From the sequence record PQ553088: a DNA stretch of 64,000 nucleotides; one strand, 5' to 3'. Of the stretch, positions 41,087 to 50,521 are shown piece by piece. Numbering within the stretch: position 1 is the first letter of the stretch; the number at the start of each line of letters is the position of its first letter. The notes under the pieces are model-generated. The model was not told the origin of the DNA, ran no database searches, and worked only from the letters and a program-made list of their open reading frames with translations. This stretch comes from Escherichia phage OES_C-1. The position numbers were made by a program, and so were the translations under genes.

Positions 41087-42287
41087 ATTTTGTAATAATG
41101 TCAAACTGTTCTTTAAAGCAGAAGCTTGAATCTTGATGCTGATACAAAAATTCATATGCTTTTTCTCGCTCACGGTCATAAAGAGCTCGGTCAGATGACA
41201 ATTCTTTAATACGTTCAAATGTTGATTCCATGTCATTTTCATCAAACCAAATGATACCGCTATCATGCGAGGTCAAAGGAGTATTATCAACACGGAATTT
41301 TAAATTTTCGCCAGTAGATTTCCAAAATACCGGAATTGTTCCACATGCACCAAGCTCGAGATGAGTATATTCTAAAGAACGTTGTAGATATTTTTTGTCC
41401 AACTTACTCAGCTGATAACCAAATCCGGATTTACTCATGCGTTCAAGCATTTCGCTATTTACATAACGGTCAAGAATTTGCGTTGGCAAATTAGGAGCAA
41501 TTTTAATTTGGTCTACTTGATGAAGACGATAATACTCGTATGGAATTCCTTTTTCTTTAATAGGAATGAACGCTGGAGAACGTTCCAGACCTTCCATAAT
41601 AGTACTTAGTCCTGCAGGTTTAAGATGCTTTTCATGAAAATCAAACATCTGATAAAAACCTTTCCATGTAGTCGTACGACCAATCCAACGGTTGATATTC
41701 ATGTTAATTTCAGAAACATCTTTCCAGTAGGTTGACCGAACCTTCGCAATATCCATAGGAGGCTGAAAGTTATATACGGTCGGCGCTTCTTCAATATCAT
41801 CAAACAGAGAAACTGTTTCTGGATACCATTCTTTCATCAGAACTTTATTAAAATCACCATTATCAGAATGGCTAAAAATAACATCAGCTCGACGAACAGT
41901 TTCTTCTAATCCCAAATTTCGACGCAAAGAAAGAGAAGAATGGTCATGTTGATAAACTACAACACGAACAGAAGGTTTAATGTTATCAATAATTTTTTTA
42001 TAGTTATTAATAGTGTCTTCTTCAACCGAAGTAGCAGGAACTGAATTAATAATTAGAATATCACAATCATTTACCAGCTTAAGTGTTTTATCATATTCTT
42101 TTGCCAATAAAACCGGAATTGAAAATGATTTATAATCATGCGCGCAATTACGAGTAAATGATTTATCTTTAGCATAAACCAAAGTTACTTCATGACCATT
42201 TTTAATAAACCAATCACGCTGCTCAAGAGAAAATTTAGTTACACCACAACCTTCAAGACCTCGAGCCATAAAAATACATACTTTCAT
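41085..42287 (-). CDS. agt: DNA alpha-glucosyltransferase (400 aa)
   Basis: MKVCIFMARGLEGCGVTKFSLEQRDWFIKNGHEVTLVYAKDKSF... close to T4 alpha-gt. Confidence 0.9.
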   Translation of the reverse strand: MKVCIFMARGLEGCGVTKFSLEQRDWFIKNGHEVTLVYAKDKSFTRNCAHDYKSFSIPVLLAKEYDKTLKLVNDCDILIINSVPATSVEEDTINNYKKIIDNIKPSVRVVVYQHDHSSLSLRRNLGLEETVRRADVIFSHSDNGDFNKVLMKEWYPETVSLFDDIEEAPTVYNFQPPMDIAKVRSTYWKDVSEINMNINRWIGRTTTWKGFYQMFDFHEKHLKPAGLSTIMEGLERSPAFIPIKEKGIPYEYYRLHQVDQIKIAPNLPTQILDRYVNSEMLERMSKSGFGYQLSKLDKKYLQRSLEYTHLELGACGTIPVFWKSTGENLKFRVDNTPLTSHDSGIIWFDENDMESTFERIKELSSDRALYDREREKAYEFLYQHQDSSFCFKEQFDIITK

Positions 42288-42338
42288 TTAATATCCTCTT
42301 TGTTTTGGTTTATTTTACCAAAAATTTATAAAGCAATA

Positions 42339-42356
42339 TAGGAGCCGAAGCTCCTA
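42339..42356 (-). terminator. UUCG-tetraloop hairpin
   Basis: taggagccgaagctccta. Confidence 0.45.
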
Positions 42357-42530
42357 TCCACATAATACGCCATACAGAGGCTCGTTAGAACTTTTAAATT
42401 TTATGCGCTTATATTTTATAGTTCCTTCTGCTTTAGCTTTATCATGAGACTCTTTAAAGCGTCTCATCATTTCCTCTTTAGAGGAACGAATTTTATTATA
42501 ATCTATTTCAGAAGTCTGGGTGTTCATCTT

Positions 42531-42737
42531 TCACAGTTGCCACCATTTTTTGACTTGATAAGAATCAACCCACACTTTCATATTAGGGTCTGCTCTTACA
42601 ATAGGAGGATTAACTTCTTTAATTGAACTATCATGGTATTCTTTTTCAGAAATTTTCACACAAAGATGACCATTCAGAGATTCAGTAAATCCTGCATTAA
42701 TTTTAAGACGCTTGAATTTTACGTGTGTAAGCATCAA
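42531..42737 (-). CDS. hypothetical protein (68 aa)
   Basis: Track ORF. Confidence 0.4.
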   Translation of the reverse strand: MMLTHVKFKRLKINAGFTESLNGHLCVKISEKEYHDSSIKEVNPPIVRADPNMKVWVDSYQVKKWWQL

Positions 42738-43020
42738 TCATATCCTCAATCTGCGATCTAGTAGTCTTCCAAAGAATACTAATGAGTTCATCGTTATATG
42801 GCTGTTTTAGAATATCCCGACTTTTCTTGATAGCATATTCGTATTGAGCAAAATTATTATTTTCAGCTGCGATCTGAGCGTGCTTATAAAGACGATTCAG
42901 TTCGCGTTTGTTTTTAGACAATAACTTATTTGCTTTTCTTTCTGCTTCAAGACGGTTCTTTTCTTCAATAGAAGAAATAAGCTTTTCCACTTCATCATTA
43001 ATTTCGGGTTTATCAGTCAT
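42703..43020 (-). CDS. hypothetical protein (105 aa)
   Basis: Track ORF. Confidence 0.45.
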   Translation of the reverse strand: MTDKPEINDEVEKLISSIEEKNRLEAERKANKLLSKNKRELNRLYKHAQIAAENNNFAQYEYAIKKSRDILKQPYNDELISILWKTTRSQIEDMIDAYTRKIQAS

Positions 43021-43021
43021 A

Positions 43022-43240
43022 TTATTTCTCTAATATAAAATAAAAATCATCATCTGTTAAATGATACCGATAGTTTAATTCTACACCATTAGATTTAAAA
43101 GCGGTATCATACGGATTTTCTGGGTCAATATCAATGTCAAGAGCTAAAACTTCCCTGAGATACATTTTAAGTAAATAGGGAATAGCTTCAACTTCAGGTA
43201 TTTCTTCCAAGAATCCGGAGAGGTTAATCGTTAGCCTCAT
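43022..43240 (-). CDS. hypothetical protein (72 aa)
   Basis: Track ORF. Confidence 0.45.
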
Positions 43241-43781
43241 ATAAAAAATCCAAACTAGGAGAATCGTCTACAACACTTTTCTTTTCAGCCCCCGGTGTTC
43301 TATAGGTTGATTCTTCGTAATGCGTCATTTTATCGTAGATGTCTTGAATAAAAGTTTCATCTACTAACGCAACCATATCGTCGTCACGACTGTCATAGAC
43401 ATTGTGAACGAAGTAACTATATTTCTTTGCAACTTCCTTACGTTCTTTTTTAATACGTTGGACGAATGCATTAAAACAAGCTTGAGTTATATACGCATGT
43501 GGGTTTTTATATTTCGTTTCATCAAAATTGTGAAGCCCCTTAATAGAAGCTTCTATACCATCTGCAATCATTTCTTGTTTCCAAGACTGGGTGTATCCTG
43601 AAAAGTTGAAACGTTTAGATAAGCCTTCTGCAATAAGCATAATGGCTAATCCGATAGTATCATTCTGACGAACTACTTTATTTGGGTCTTTATTATTTGC
43701 TAATTCTGTTTTCCAATCAATAATAGCTTGTAAAAGCTCTTTATTGTTTACGTAATTATATTTAGGCTTAGTTTCTGACAT
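43224..43781 (-). CDS. 55: late transcription sigma factor gp55
   Basis: [37 protein letters not shown]... Confidence 0.9.
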
Positions 43782-43859
43782 TTTCACCTCTTAGCTCAAT
43801 TCATAGATCTATTATATCATAATATTTGAAGATCTATCTTAAAGCATAGAGGATATCAG

Positions 43860-44129
43860 TTATCTAAGTAAGCAGTATGCTTGGAATACTTTCTCCATCA
43901 TCTTTTTAAATTCATGAATATCTATATAATGATCATTAATATCAGCACGATATAAAAAGTCTAAAAACTTTTTATGGGTGTTAGAATATTTACTGCCATT
44001 TAATTCAGAAACATGGCTTTCCCAATATCCAACACCAGTCTTATTTGGGAAAAATGAAATTTTCATGTATTGGTCAACATAGAAAATACCAAAATTTTCA
44101 ATAGCAATAGAAATATTAATTAATTTCAT
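43860..44129 (-). CDS. hypothetical protein (89 aa)
   Basis: Track ORF. Confidence 0.45.
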   Translation of the reverse strand: MKLINISIAIENFGIFYVDQYMKISFFPNKTGVGYWESHVSELNGSKYSNTHKKFLDFLYRADINDHYIDIHEFKKMMEKVFQAYCLLR

Positions 44130-44341
44130 GCATTCATCAACTTAGCCGCTTCAAGAGCTGCATCTAGTGAATCAAATTGGTCAACATATTCAATCAGTTT
44201 GCCGTAATTAGCATATAACCACCATTGGCTAAATTCATACTCAAGGATGAACCCATTTCCTTCAATTTGAGTTAAACCACTGCCGTTTGTATTTACTTCA
44301 TATCCGGCAAGACGTAAATCGTTAATAAGAGCTTCGTTCAT
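44126..44341 (-). CDS. hypothetical protein (71 aa)
   Basis: Track ORF. Confidence 0.45.
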   Translation of the reverse strand: MNEALINDLRLAGYEVNTNGSGLTQIEGNGFILEYEFSQWWLYANYGKLIEYVDQFDSLDAALEAAKLMNA

Positions 44342-44343
44342 AA

Positions 44344-44670
44344 TTATGCCTTAGTAATTTTCAGGTCAGCAAATTTTTTCTTGCGTTGATTTTTCATACG
44401 ACGAATAGTTTTATCGGAAATTTCATGTTTTTGATAAGCTTTAGATTCTACACCAAAAGCTTTAACATCAAATTCTGACAAGATATATTGAACTAACAAT
44501 TCACGGACAGTATTGCGTCCAATTTTCTGATCATTCTGTTTCATCGTCTGATGAAGCTCTTTTTCCCATTTATCCAAAATTTGAGGAGTTACAATATCGC
44601 CTTTTTCTAGCAGAGAAACTACTTTATCATATGCGTAAGAATTGATGGCGTTTTTAATTTGAATAGTCAT
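44344..44670 (-). CDS. hypothetical protein (108 aa)
   Basis: Track ORF. Confidence 0.45.
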   Translation of the reverse strand: MTIQIKNAINSYAYDKVVSLLEKGDIVTPQILDKWEKELHQTMKQNDQKIGRNTVRELLVQYILSEFDVKAFGVESKAYQKHEISDKTIRRMKNQRKKKFADLKITKA

Positions 44671-44708
44671 ACATTATCCTCAATTGCATTAAAATTTATT
44701 ATCCAAAA

Positions 44709-44724
44709 AAGGGCCGAAGCCCTT
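44709..44724 (-). terminator. UUCG-tetraloop hairpin
   Basis: aagggccgaagccctt. Confidence 0.5.
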
Positions 44725-44923
44725 AGCTAAACTGTTTGGCACCCTTCCAGCCTTCGTACATCATTGCGACTGACAATGACAAAGCTCCTTCACATGCTGC
44801 ATACTTATTATTCCAGAACCAATTTAGAAAAACTTCATCCTCAATACCATTGTATTTCATGTTCTGGAAAAATTTGGCGCGTTCTTCAGCAATTCGCTGC
44901 GATAATTTAGATTCAGGATTCAT
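44723..44923 (-). CDS. hypothetical protein (66 aa)
   Basis: Track ORF. Confidence 0.4.
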   Translation of the reverse strand: MNPESKLSQRIAEERAKFFQNMKYNGIEDEVFLNWFWNNKYAACEGALSLSVAMMYEGWKGAKQFS

Positions 44924-45139
44924 TTAAATTTCCCAATTACCATTTTCATCAATAAATTTAATCCAGTCATTTACTGACCACTTAGTTGTATCGCCTTTTG
45001 GAGTAGCATTTAAAGTATATAGCCCTTGCTTAAAAAGCATTCGTTTGATATTCATATTTTCCTCAGCTGTAACGATAGCACTCGTTTGATTTACGTTTAG
45101 CAACTCGTTGAGAAATATTATAATCAAAATCATCGTCAA
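44924..45139 (-). CDS. hypothetical protein (71 aa)
   Basis: Track ORF. Confidence 0.4.
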   Translation of the reverse strand: MTMILIIIFLNELLNVNQTSAIVTAEENMNIKRMLFKQGLYTLNATPKGDTTKWSVNDWIKFIDENGNWEI

Positions 45140-45395
45140 TGTAAACTGATTTTTTCAACTTTCTTACTTCACCACGTAATTGACGATTCAATTCATTCTT
45201 AACCTCTGAATCAACACCTCGCATACGTCGCCATTTATCTGAGCGAAAAATGTTTTCAACCATATCTTTATGACTTACACCATCAGGAGCTTTACGCTTT
45301 CCGAAATAGTCATAATCACGCACTTTTAAGTCTTTACGACGATACGTTTTACCCATGGAGTTTAATTTCCTTAGCAACTGAACTAAATGCAGCAC
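45063..45395 (-). CDS. hypothetical basic protein (110 aa)
   Basis: Track ORF. Confidence 0.4.
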   Translation of the reverse strand: MLHLVQLLRKLNSMGKTYRRKDLKVRDYDYFGKRKAPDGVSHKDMVENIFRSDKWRRMRGVDSEVKNELNRQLRGEVRKLKKSVYIDDDFDYNISQRVAKRKSNECYRYS

Positions 45396-45531
45396 GATCG
45401 CAAATCATGCGTTTATGTAACTTGAGTATAATATAGCAAACTTCAAAACTATTTACATGAGTAACACGAACAGCATTACCATTAATGAGATAATACTGTC
45501 CCTTTTTAATTTCTTTATCAACCATAACCAT
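45349..45531 (-). CDS. hypothetical protein (60 aa)
   Basis: Track ORF downstream of early promoter. Confidence 0.4.
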   Translation of the reverse strand: MVMVDKEIKKGQYYLINGNAVRVTHVNSFEVCYIILKLHKRMICDRAAFSSVAKEIKLHG

Positions 45532-45561
45532 ATCAATTCCTCAAAGGCAATTCATATGTTA

Positions 45562-45591
45562 ATAATACCACAGTTTGAGCTCGTTGTAAAC
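45562..45591 (-). promoter_or_regulatory. T4-type early promoter
   Basis: gtaaac 45586-45591, ataata 45562-45567. Confidence 0.55.
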
Positions 45592-45682
45592 AACTTTGTG
45601 AAAATTATTTTAGGGAATGATAAGAAGGGAACGATAGCTTTAATATACAGAATGTGAGAAAGAAGGACCCAGAGGGCCCGTC

Positions 45683-45994
45683 TTAGTCTTCTATGATATC
45701 TCTATCATATCCAAGTGAAATGAGAGTTTCTTTGAAATGTTTAATGTTCTTTTGTCTAGAATCATTAATGAAAATGACTGGATAACGAATGTTAAGAGAT
45801 GTGAATCCAGCGCGTTTAGCAAGAGATACAATCAGTGGACGATCATACTCAATCTTACCGTTATTTGTAAGAACTTTATAGAAAGTAAAAGGAGCATTGA
45901 GCTCCTTTAGAAGTTTTGTAACTGATTGACATCCAGGACAACGACCTACTTCATCTGGAATTCCATAGACTTCAATCTTATTCTTTAAGTTCGA
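45683..45994 (-). CDS. nrdH: NrdH-like glutaredoxin (CPGC redox motif), probable GTG start
   Basis: KIEVYGIPDEVGRCPGCQSVTKLLKELNAPFTFYKV...; no in-frame ATG after upstream stop. Confidence 0.5.
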   Translation of the reverse strand, partial: SNLKNKIEVYGIPDEVGRCPGCQSVTKLLKELNAPFTFYKVLTNNGKIEYDRPLIVSLAKRAGFTSLNIRYPVIFINDSRQKNIKHFKETLISLGYDRDIIED

Positions 45995-46289
45995 GTTTTG
46001 TTCCACGAGAAATAATTCCTTGATAAGCCCAGTATGGCGGGTTAACAGAATCATCGCCAGAATTTTCTTCAGGAAAATAAACCTGGATAACAAATCCAGA
46101 TGCATCAAAGGTAAAATAAACCGTAGGTAATTCACCTAACAATTCAGCGCGGTTATTAATTTCTTCGAGTTCTCGTTCTCGTCCAGCCCAAAAACTAGGA
46201 TTTAGACTACATTCATAGAAATAATAGTCATTACCGAACATATCAAAACCATTCCAACTCTCTACCACATACCGCTCAAAACTAATCAT
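45978..46289 (-). CDS. hypothetical protein (103 aa)
   Basis: Track ORF. Confidence 0.45.
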   Translation of the reverse strand: MISFERYVVESWNGFDMFGNDYYFYECSLNPSFWAGRERELEEINNRAELLGELPTVYFTFDASGFVIQVYFPEENSGDDSVNPPYWAYQGIISRGTKLELKE

Positions 46290-46291
46290 AA

Positions 46292-46507
46292 TTAAGCCTT
46301 TTTATCAAGAACAGCATTCAGTTTGTTAGTAATTTTATCCAGGCGCTCATTGAACTCGCTAGAAGACAGTCCTTTTTCTGGAGAAATTAAGCTAATCACG
46401 AAAAATATAGCAATAAAAGGAATAAGAAAAATAGCTCCAACTGCCATAAACAAAAAGAACGTTACAGTTGTAAGAAAATCAGCTAAACCTTTACGAAATT
46501 TATACAT
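46292..46507 (-). CDS. small membrane protein (71 aa)
   Basis: Track ORF, hydrophobic core. Confidence 0.4.
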   Translation of the reverse strand: MYKFRKGLADFLTTVTFFLFMAVGAIFLIPFIAIFFVISLISPEKGLSSSEFNERLDKITNKLNAVLDKKA

Positions 46508-46622
46508 ATTTTACCCTTAATTGATTAACCAAGCATTGATAAGTACTAAACTATACTGCGAATAAAATTCTGGACCAAAATGAAAAACCATATCATTTAT
46601 AGTATCAATAATATAATTCAGT

Positions 46623-47093
46623 TTAATCATGTTTCCACACCCCATCGGTATTTGACCAAAGTCGCTGATTATCTGAACCTCGCCACAGCTTTTTGGTCGG
46701 AAGATTTTTCTCATACTTCCCATCAATAATAACATCAACATATTTAAGCATTTCTAGTTGTTTAATATCTTCAAACTTATATCCTGTCCACAACCAAATG
46801 CTTTTATTCGGATAAAGATTTTTTACTGTTTGAACAATGCAATGAACAACATCTCGGTTATCAGGATAAAGAGGGTCTCCTCCAGTTATAGTTAATCCTT
46901 CTATATAATCATTATTCAAACATTCAATTAATTGTTCTAGCGTTTCACCAGTGAATGGAACGCCATTTCTAGCATTCCATGTTGATTTATTATAACACCC
47001 TTCACATTTATGCAAACACCCCGTAACGAAAAGAACGACCCTGCATCCAGGGCCATTCACAAAATCACAGGGATAAAATCTATCGTAATTCAT
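46623..47093 (-). CDS. nrdG: anaerobic ribonucleotide reductase activating protein NrdG (radical SAM)
   Basis: CLHKCEGCYN CxxxCxxC motif; overlaps nrdD stop. Confidence 0.85.
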   Translation of the reverse strand: MNYDRFYPCDFVNGPGCRVVLFVTGCLHKCEGCYNKSTWNARNGVPFTGETLEQLIECLNNDYIEGLTITGGDPLYPDNRDVVHCIVQTVKNLYPNKSIWLWTGYKFEDIKQLEMLKYVDVIIDGKYEKNLPTKKLWRGSDNQRLWSNTDGVWKHD

Positions 47094-48907
47094 TGGTGTT
47101 TAACCCTATGCATGATTTCTTTATTTTTGCCAAGATTAAATCCGCGCTCGTTCGGATTTCCCAAATAACCGCAAGTTCTTCTTATTGTGTTCATCTTTTT
47201 AGGATCAGTTTCTCCACAAACAGAACAAACAAATCCGTTTTCAGTAGGAGTCATTTCATGGGTACTTCCGCATGTAAAACATTTATCTACCGGCATGTTA
47301 ACACCAAAATAATCTAAATGTTGTGCAGCATAATCCCATACAGCCTCAAGACCTTTTAGGTTATTTTTCATATCAGGAAGTTCAACATAAGAAATGTGAC
47401 CGCCTGTCGCAATGAAATGATATGGGGCTTCGCGAGAAATCTTTTCAAACGGAGTAATATTTTCTTCTACTGAAACGTGGAAACTGTTAGTGTACCAGCC
47501 TTTATCAGTAACATCCTTTACACTTCCATATTTTTCGGTATCAAGTTTACAGAAGCGATAGCACAGGTTTTCAGCAGGAGTAGAATATAAGCTAAAAGCA
47601 AAACCGGTTCTTTCAGTCCACTGCTTAAGATGAGTATTCATTTTAGTTAAAATTTCTTGTCCAATATCACGACCGACAAGAATATTCAATTCGTGAATAC
47701 CAATGTATCCTAAGGACACTGAACTTCTACCGTTTTTAAATAACTCAATTATATCGTCATCAGGTTTAAGACGAACCCCGAATGCACCTTCTTGGTAAAG
47801 AATAGGAGCAACAGTCGCTTTAACTCCTTTTAAGGAACTGATTCTACACATCAAAGCTTCAAAACATAAATCCATTCGTTCATTGAACAATTCGGCAAAT
47901 TTCTGTTCATTGAACTGTGTTCCAATATAAGAATCTAACGCAATACGAGGAAGATTCAGTGTTACAACACCAAGATTATTACGTCCATCAAGAATTTCAT
48001 TACCAGTCGAATCTTTCCACGCGCTCAAGAAACTGCGGCAACCCATTGGAGAAACAGGAATAGATGAGCCGGTGATAGCTTTATTGTTCTTAGCTGAAAT
48101 AATATCAGGATACATCCTTTTGCTTGCACACTCTAGAGCAAGCTGCTTAATATCATAGTTCGGATCGTCTTTATAAAGATTAACACCTTCTTCAACGAAC
48201 ATAACAAGCTTAGGGAAAATAGGAGTTATCCCATCACGACCGAGACCTTTAATACGATTTTTCAGAATTGCTTTCTGAATCATTCGTTCAGTCCAGTCAG
48301 TTCCCGTACCAAATGTAATTGTTACAAAAGGAGTCTGTCCGTTTGAACTAAAGAGAGTATTTACTTCATATTCATAAGCTTGGAATGCATCGTATACATC
48401 TTTTTCTGTTTTAGATTGAGCATAATTTAACGCATCAGCGATTTGCCATTTTTCTGCATCCTCAATATGTTTTGCATAGGTGCGTTTAACATAAGGAGAA
48501 AGTACTTTATCTACATTAGCAAAAGTCGTTCCGCCATATTGATGGGAAGCAACTTGCGCAGTAATTTGTGCCATAATTGCAGTAGCAACGCCAATTGATT
48601 TAGGAGTTTCAATCTGCGCATTACCAAGCTTAAATCCGTTCTCAAGCATTCCTTTTAAATCTACTAAACAACAATTAGTAAAAGGCAATGATATACTGTA
48701 ATCTAAATCATGAAAATGAATTAATCCGACGTTATGAGCATTTACAATATGGCTTGGAAGAATACTACAAGCGATATGTTTAGAAACAATACCAGCCATT
48801 AAATCTCTTTTTGTTGGAAAGACACGAGAATCTTTGTTGGCATTTTCGGTATTTAATTCTTTATCTTTATTTGAAATAAAATTTAAAACATCTTTCTCTA
48901 AAGACAT
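47090..48907 (-). CDS. nrdD: anaerobic ribonucleotide reductase NrdD, 605 aa, uninterrupted
   Basis: Continuous ORF through glycyl-radical C-terminus (...RRTCGYLGNPNERGFNLGKN) and C-x2-C...C-x2-C zinc site. Confidence 0.9.
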   Translation of the reverse strand: MSLEKDVLNFISNKDKELNTENANKDSRVFPTKRDLMAGIVSKHIACSILPSHIVNAHNVGLIHFHDLDYSISLPFTNCCLVDLKGMLENGFKLGNAQIETPKSIGVATAIMAQITAQVASHQYGGTTFANVDKVLSPYVKRTYAKHIEDAEKWQIADALNYAQSKTEKDVYDAFQAYEYEVNTLFSSNGQTPFVTITFGTGTDWTERMIQKAILKNRIKGLGRDGITPIFPKLVMFVEEGVNLYKDDPNYDIKQLALECASKRMYPDIISAKNNKAITGSSIPVSPMGCRSFLSAWKDSTGNEILDGRNNLGVVTLNLPRIALDSYIGTQFNEQKFAELFNERMDLCFEALMCRISSLKGVKATVAPILYQEGAFGVRLKPDDDIIELFKNGRSSVSLGYIGIHELNILVGRDIGQEILTKMNTHLKQWTERTGFAFSLYSTPAENLCYRFCKLDTEKYGSVKDVTDKGWYTNSFHVSVEENITPFEKISREAPYHFIATGGHISYVELPDMKNNLKGLEAVWDYAAQHLDYFGVNMPVDKCFTCGSTHEMTPTENGFVCSVCGETDPKKMNTIRRTCGYLGNPNERGFNLGKNKEIMHRVKHQ

Positions 48908-49719
48908 AATTCTAATTTATCCTTTTGAAATTCTTCGTCTAAATATGGGTTCCAACCCATTTTAAACCTTTTGATGAAATTATCAATTCTAAATTTCGGT
49001 AAGTTTAAATCCGCAAAAATAGATGATTTACTTTTAAAATCTGGACCTAAATAATCATATAAAATTTCTGCGTATTTTAACCATAATATACAAGTACCAG
49101 ATTTAATTGCTCTCGGAGTTTTCCAAGGTTTTACACCATACATCGGATTTCCACTTCCTTTATGCCTGATAGAAGATGAAATTCCAATTTTAATTTTAGC
49201 TTCCTTTGTGTGCGAAAATCCATGATGTGGATTTTCTTTCCAGTATTTTTTAGAAGCTTCTGATATTTTCTTTCTGGCTAAATTAGTATGATGCTTTCCA
49301 TAAAATCCATGATTTTTACCTTTATTACGATTTCTTTTAATCATGGTTATTGATTGCTTTTCTCTAGTTTCTTTAGAAGGAGAAATACCATACGTTGTAA
49401 ATTGACCGTCAGCATATGCTAAATTGAAATACTCTTTATTCCATATATCTTTTTCTATATTCTTTTGAAATTCAGCTTCAATGCTAGTTATTTGTTCATC
49501 TCCGACTAATTGAAAATATAATATTTCAACTTTCGGCGTTTCTTTCAACAGGGCTTTTTGAAATTCGGAAGATGACGAAGACGAATAATAAAATTTACCA
49601 TTTTTATCAATAATATTCGTTCCGTCAAAAGTGCAATTGGTTTTACTTCCAATATAATAATATGGCGGGGTTTTAGCATTAATTCTACTAATAAATGATA
49701 GTTTATATACTACATTCAT
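48898..49719 (-). CDS. free-standing GIY-YIG homing endonuclease (Seg-like), 273 aa
   Basis: VVYKLSFI...PPYYYIGS core; HGFYGKHH / GSGNPMYG NUMOD-like repeats; overlaps 49 stop and nrdD start. Confidence 0.6.
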   Translation of the reverse strand: MNVVYKLSFISRINAKTPPYYYIGSKTNCTFDGTNIIDKNGKFYYSSSSSSEFQKALLKETPKVEILYFQLVGDEQITSIEAEFQKNIEKDIWNKEYFNLAYADGQFTTYGISPSKETREKQSITMIKRNRNKGKNHGFYGKHHTNLARKKISEASKKYWKENPHHGFSHTKEAKIKIGISSSIRHKGSGNPMYGVKPWKTPRAIKSGTCILWLKYAEILYDYLGPDFKSKSSIFADLNLPKFRIDNFIKRFKMGWNPYLDEEFQKDKLELCL

Positions 49720-50189
49720 TTTAAACTCTTTCTAAGCTGCTTCTTAAATGAAGCTATTAATTGTGTTTTAGTGTCAGATTCATTATATTCAAATCCTCTT
49801 TGAAGCATCTCGGCCATCATTTCCTCTTTTCCTAAACGAGAAAATTCCTTTGATTTATCTCCAACAAAGTTAGGGTGAATATTATTTTGGGTGTAATCGG
49901 ATTTTAAATAAGTAAGTAAATTTTCTAACCATTCAAGATAATCAACACCTTGTCCCTTTAAGCCAGAACGATTAAATTTATGCTTCATTTGACCTTCTGC
50001 GGCATTGCATAGATTACAAAGCAATCCACGTACCTTTCCTGCTTTTGGTCCATTTAATTCATGGTCATGATCAAGATGATTAGCTTGAACATCAGGATTT
50101 AGTTCTCGTTGGCAAATTAAACATTTACCGTTTTGTGCATCATAAAATTTCTGTTTTTCTTCTTTATATAATTTGCCAGTCAATAACAT
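49716..50189 (-). CDS. 49: endonuclease VII gp49 (Holliday junction resolvase), 157 aa
   Basis: MLLTGKLYKEEKQKFYDAQNGKCLICQRELNPDVQANHLDHDHELNGPKAGKVRGLLCNLCN... matches T4 gp49. Confidence 0.95.
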   Translation of the reverse strand: MLLTGKLYKEEKQKFYDAQNGKCLICQRELNPDVQANHLDHDHELNGPKAGKVRGLLCNLCNAAEGQMKHKFNRSGLKGQGVDYLEWLENLLTYLKSDYTQNNIHPNFVGDKSKEFSRLGKEEMMAEMLQRGFEYNESDTKTQLIASFKKQLRKSLK

Positions 50190-50231
50190 AATAAAACCCT
50201 TACCTTAAATAGATAAGGGTATTTATTATTT

Positions 50232-50286
50232 TTAAGTATTGTAAAACATTCGATGCAATCGTTTATACTGTCGAATCATCTTTTTA
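50232..50286. repeat. direct repeat copy A (~50 bp, ~90% identical to 50444..50495)
   Basis: aagtattgtaaaacattcgatgcaatcgtttatactgtcgaatc vs aagtattataaaacatttgatgcaatcgcttatattgccgaatc. Confidence 0.7.
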
Positions 50287-50410
50287 GTAGGACGAGAATA
50301 GGTTCCTACGCAAGTGGTCATATGAGGGTCCGTAGAATGTCCTTTAATAAAAAGTTTCCAAACCTTACCGCCATTTAACTTTTCAGTATAAACCAATTCG
50401 GTTTTCATTA
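50234..50410 (-). CDS. hypothetical protein (58 aa) with Pin-like C-terminal 17 aa
   Basis: Hand translation MKTELVYTEKLNGGKVWKLFIKGHSTDPHMTTCVGTYSRPTKKMIRQYKRLHRMFYNT. Confidence 0.4.
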
Positions 50411-50443
50411 AAATGTCCTGTCAGAAAAAGAATTTTGAGTTTT

Positions 50444-50521
50444 TTCAAGTATTATAAAACATTTGATGCAATCGCTTATATTGCCGAATCTTTTGGTCAG
50501 AAAAAGAAATTTGAGTTTCAA
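50444..50521. repeat. direct repeat copy B plus flanking 24-bp repeat gtcagaaaaagaaWtttgagttt (also at 50419..50442)
   Basis: Read directly from sequence. Confidence 0.7.

Noticed and set aside
45661-45685. Possible hairpin aggacccagagggcccgtctt
   Set aside because: Stem pairing is imperfect (GGACCC vs GGGCCC) and it lacks the CGAA/UUCG loop of the hairpin family; not called.
45683-46135. 150-aa form of the nrdH ORF
   Set aside because: The N-terminal 45 codons overlap the upstream gene in another frame; the glutaredoxin-like domain most plausibly starts at the GTG near 45994.
46517-46741. 74-aa ORF overlapping the nrdG 3' end
   Set aside because: Alternate frame inside nrdG, which has a clear radical-SAM motif; no start signals.
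47090-48907. Group I intron or intein inside nrdD, and translational bypass in the topoisomerase gene
   Set aside because: Both ORFs are continuous and collinear with the expected proteins, with no internal stops or frame breaks.
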